This document shows, piece by piece, positions 21,745-24,000 of a stretch of DNA of 24,000 nucleotides. Made by a program: the position numbers and the translations under genes. The stretch covers positions 241,765-265,764 of the forward strand of contig JAEQMT010000010.1 of the NCBI GenBank assembly GCA_016722945.1, in the 5' to 3' direction. Position 1 is the first letter of the stretch. Every line of letters starts with the position of its first letter. This stretch comes from Desulfofustis sp. PB-SRB1 (GTDB taxonomy: Bacteria; Desulfobacterota; Desulfobulbia; Desulfobulbales; Desulfocapsaceae). Below the pieces are notes generated by a model, which made no database searches, was not told where the DNA came from, and saw only the letters and a program-made list of their open reading frames with translations.

Positions 21745-24000
21745 ATGACAACCAGCGAACACAACTCATTGCCGAAGAACTACGAATTTTCCGATGTAGA
21801 AAGCAAGTGGCTGTCGCGGTGGGAGGAGCACGACTCTTTCAACGCCCGCATGGACGAAGATCGGCCCAGCTACGCAATCGTTATTCCGCCTCCCAACGTC
21901 ACCGGCGTATTGCATGTTGGTCATGCCCTCAATAACACCCTGCAGGATATCCTGGTACGCTACAAGCGGATGGATGGCTACAATACCCTCTGGGTACCCG
22001 GCACCGATCACGCCGGGATTGCCACCCAGAATGTGGTTGAGCGGCAACTTGGCGCGGAAGGCAAAAGCCGCCACGATGTGGGCCGCGACCAGTTTGTCGA
22101 ACGGGTGTGGGAGTGGCGCCGGGAAAAGGGCGGCGCCATTATCACCCAGCTCAAACGACTGGGCTGTTCCTGTGACTGGAGCCGCGAACGTTTCACCATG
22201 GACGAGGGGCTCTCCCGCGCCGTGCGCGAGGTATTCGTCCGGCTCTATCACGAGGGATTGATCTACAAAGGCGATTATATCGTCAACTGGTGTCCCCGCT
22301 GCCTGACGGCTCTGGCTGATGACGAGGTGGACCATGAAGAGCGGGCCGGTAAACTCTATCATGTGCGCTATCCTCTGGTTGATGGTTCCGGCACTCTGGT
22401 GGTGGCCACCACCAGACCCGAGACCATGCTGGGCGACACCGGCGTGGCGGTGCATCCCGATGATGAACGCTACGCCCACCTGAGCGGCACCATGGTCGAT
22501 CTGCCGTTGACCGGCAGGCGCATTCCGATTGTGTTCGATTCCCATGTGCAGCGCGAGTTCGGCACCGGCGCCCTGAAAGTGACTCCTTCCCACGATCGTG
22601 ACGACTATGAGATCGGCCTCCGCCACAACCTTGAGCGGTGCAAGGTAATGGATGAGCACGGGGTAATGAACGAGCAGGCCGGAGTCTACGCCGGGCTCGA
22701 TCGATTTGAGTGCCGGGCCAGAGTGGTGGACGATCTGCGGGCCCAGGGGCTGCTGGTGAATATCGAGGAGCATGAACATGCCGTGGGGCTGTGCTACCGG
22801 TGCAAAGCGGTGGTTGAGCCCACCACTTCCCTGCAGTGGTTTGTCGCCGTCAAACCGCTGGCCGAGGCGGCGGTATCGGCGGTTCGTGACGATCGCATCA
22901 CCATCTACCCGAAGACCTGGTACAACACCTTTTACCACTGGATGGACAATATTCGGGACTGGTGCATTTCCCGGCAGATATGGTGGGGACACCGGATCCC
23001 GGCCTGGAACTGCGCGGCCTGTGGTGAGGTGGTTGTCGCCGTTACCGATCCCACCGTCTGCCCCGCCTGCGGTTCATCCGAGTTGATTCAGGAAACCGAT
23101 GTGCTGGACACCTGGTTTTCCTCCGCACTATGGCCATTTTCGACCATGGGGTGGCCGGAGACAACCAGAGAGTTGCGCTTTTTCTATCCTACCTCGGTGC
23201 TGATTACCAGTTTTGATATCCTCTTTTTCTGGGTGGCCCGAATGATGATGATGGGAATCCATTTCATGAAGGAGGTACCCTTCAGAGACGTCTATCTGCA
23301 TGCCCTGGTGCGTGATAAGGATGGCAAGAAAATGTCCAAGTCCACCGGCAACGTCATCGATCCGCTGGCGGTAATGGATCGCTACGGCACCGATGCCCTG
23401 CGTTTCACTCTGACCGCGTTTGCCGCCCAGGGAAGGGAGATAAAGCTGGACGAGGAGCGTATCGATGGATATCGCCATTTCATCAACAAGTTGTGGAATG
23501 CATCCCGCTTTGCCCTCATGCACGTTGATGACAAGACGGAGGTTAATCTTGTCGACCACGACGATATCGCCGATCTGCCATTGATTCACCGCTGGATCCT
23601 GGGTCGCAGCTCGGTTGCCGTCGGCGGGGTACGCACCGCTTTGGATAATTATCATTTCAACGAGGCGGCCTCGGTGATCTACCAGTTTACCTGGCGTGAG
23701 TTTTGTGACTGGTACGTGGAATGGATCAAGGCGGATCTGTTCAGTGACGATCAGGACGTTAGAAAACAGGCCCGGGCCGTGCTCCTCCACGTGCTGGAAA
23801 CGATTGTCAAACTCATTCACCCCATTACTCCGTTTGTCAGCGAGGAGGTCTGGGCGGCCCTGCCGGGACACAGAGAGGTGTTAATGACCCGGCCGTTCCC
23901 TCAAGAAAACCTCGCCTGGCAGGACCGCGATGTTGAAGATCAGATGCGTTTTCTGATGGGGATCATTACCGCCATTCGCACCATCCGGGCGGAGACCGGC
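21745..24000 (+). CDS. valS: Valyl-tRNA synthetase, N-terminal ~750 aa (3' end outside the window)
   Basis: Not in the ORF track because no stop is reached. ATG at 21745, and frame 1 stays open to nt 24000. MTTSEHNSLPKNYEFSDVESKW..., PPPNVTGVLHVGHA (HIGH region), WVPGTDHAGIATQ, RDWCISRQIWWGHRIP and KMSKSTGN (KMSKS, ~23330). Confidence 0.95.
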   Translation, partial: MTTSEHNSLPKNYEFSDVESKWLSRWEEHDSFNARMDEDRPSYAIVIPPPNVTGVLHVGHALNNTLQDILVRYKRMDGYNTLWVPGTDHAGIATQNVVERQLGAEGKSRHDVGRDQFVERVWEWRREKGGAIITQLKRLGCSCDWSRERFTMDEGLSRAVREVFVRLYHEGLIYKGDYIVNWCPRCLTALADDEVDHEERAGKLYHVRYPLVDGSGTLVVATTRPETMLGDTGVAVHPDDERYAHLSGTMVDLPLTGRRIPIVFDSHVQREFGTGALKVTPSHDRDDYEIGLRHNLERCKVMDEHGVMNEQAGVYAGLDRFECRARVVDDLRAQGLLVNIEEHEHAVGLCYRCKAVVEPTTSLQWFVAVKPLAEAAVSAVRDDRITIYPKTWYNTFYHWMDNIRDWCISRQIWWGHRIPAWNCAACGEVVVAVTDPTVCPACGSSELIQETDVLDTWFSSALWPFSTMGWPETTRELRFFYPTSVLITSFDILFFWVARMMMMGIHFMKEVPFRDVYLHALVRDKDGKKMSKSTGNVIDPLAVMDRYGTDALRFTLTAFAAQGREIKLDEERIDGYRHFINKLWNASRFALMHVDDKTEVNLVDHDDIADLPLIHRWILGRSSVAVGGVRTALDNYHFNEAASVIYQFTWREFCDWYVEWIKADLFSDDQDVRKQARAVLLHVLETIVKLIHPITPFVSEEVWAALPGHREVLMTRPFPQENLAWQDRDVEDQMRFLMGIITAIRTIRAETG

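Noticed and set aside
21766-23871. Long minus-strand ORFs (21766..22992, 408 aa; 23128..23871, 247 aa)
   Set aside because: They lie entirely antisense to an unmistakable valS reading frame (HIGH and KMSKS motifs on the + strand). Their translations are low-complexity and Gly/Pro/His/Arg-rich with no recognisable motifs. They are typical shadow ORFs.
1-24000. Mobile elements, defence islands, CRISPR arrays, prophage remnants
   Set aside because: I saw no transposase, integrase or recombinase-like ORFs. There are no terminal inverted repeats flanking a block and no regularly spaced repeat-spacer array. The only marked composition change is the short AT-rich promoter region at 7742-7910. The island at 1082-10137 looks like resident signalling genes, not horizontally acquired cargo.

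Overview
The window reads as ordinary chromosomal DNA of an anaerobic Desulfobacterota-type (deltaproteobacterial) organism. That placement is inference from gene content only: several sigma-54 activators, a Sec-containing SelD, a small ferredoxin and NifX-like proteins. I saw no rRNA, tRNA, CRISPR array, transposase, integrase or phage genes.

Layout:
- 2-838: 3' part of a DASS/SLC13 permease.
- 1082-10137: a dense signalling island. It is built from two inverted paralogous modules (PAS sigma-54 activator, NifX/NifB-like small protein, single-domain receiver). The left module also carries a Cache-type histidine kinase and an orphan HisKA-only kinase-like protein.
- 5719-7690 (minus strand), between the two modules: an operon with a sigma-54-type promoter and tandem upstream repeats. 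It encodes a small protein, an atypical receiver, a canonical receiver and a CBS-pair protein. The first three share a short recurring peptide module (consensus roughly h-A-x-x-F-A-E-x-G-E-x-x-x-A) that I cannot assign to a named domain. This is my best candidate for an undescribed system.
- 10654-12972: an NTF2-like protein, a small membrane ORF and an FKBP-like/SAM-methyltransferase fusion.
- 13088-14431: selD with an in-frame UGA (Sec) and a SECIS-like hairpin, which the ORF track truncated, followed by a ferredoxin.
- 14612-15544: a VKOR-thioredoxin fusion.
- 15879-20385: a membrane protein, an NRDE/TANGO2-like protein overlapping a DedA-ATP-grasp fusion, and an Atg22/UMF1-like MFS transporter.
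- 20588-24000: housekeeping genes, a dGTPase-like HD protein and valS (3' end outside the window).

A ~140-nt noncoding element occurs twice (924-1060 and 10304-10441), once beside each activator paralog.
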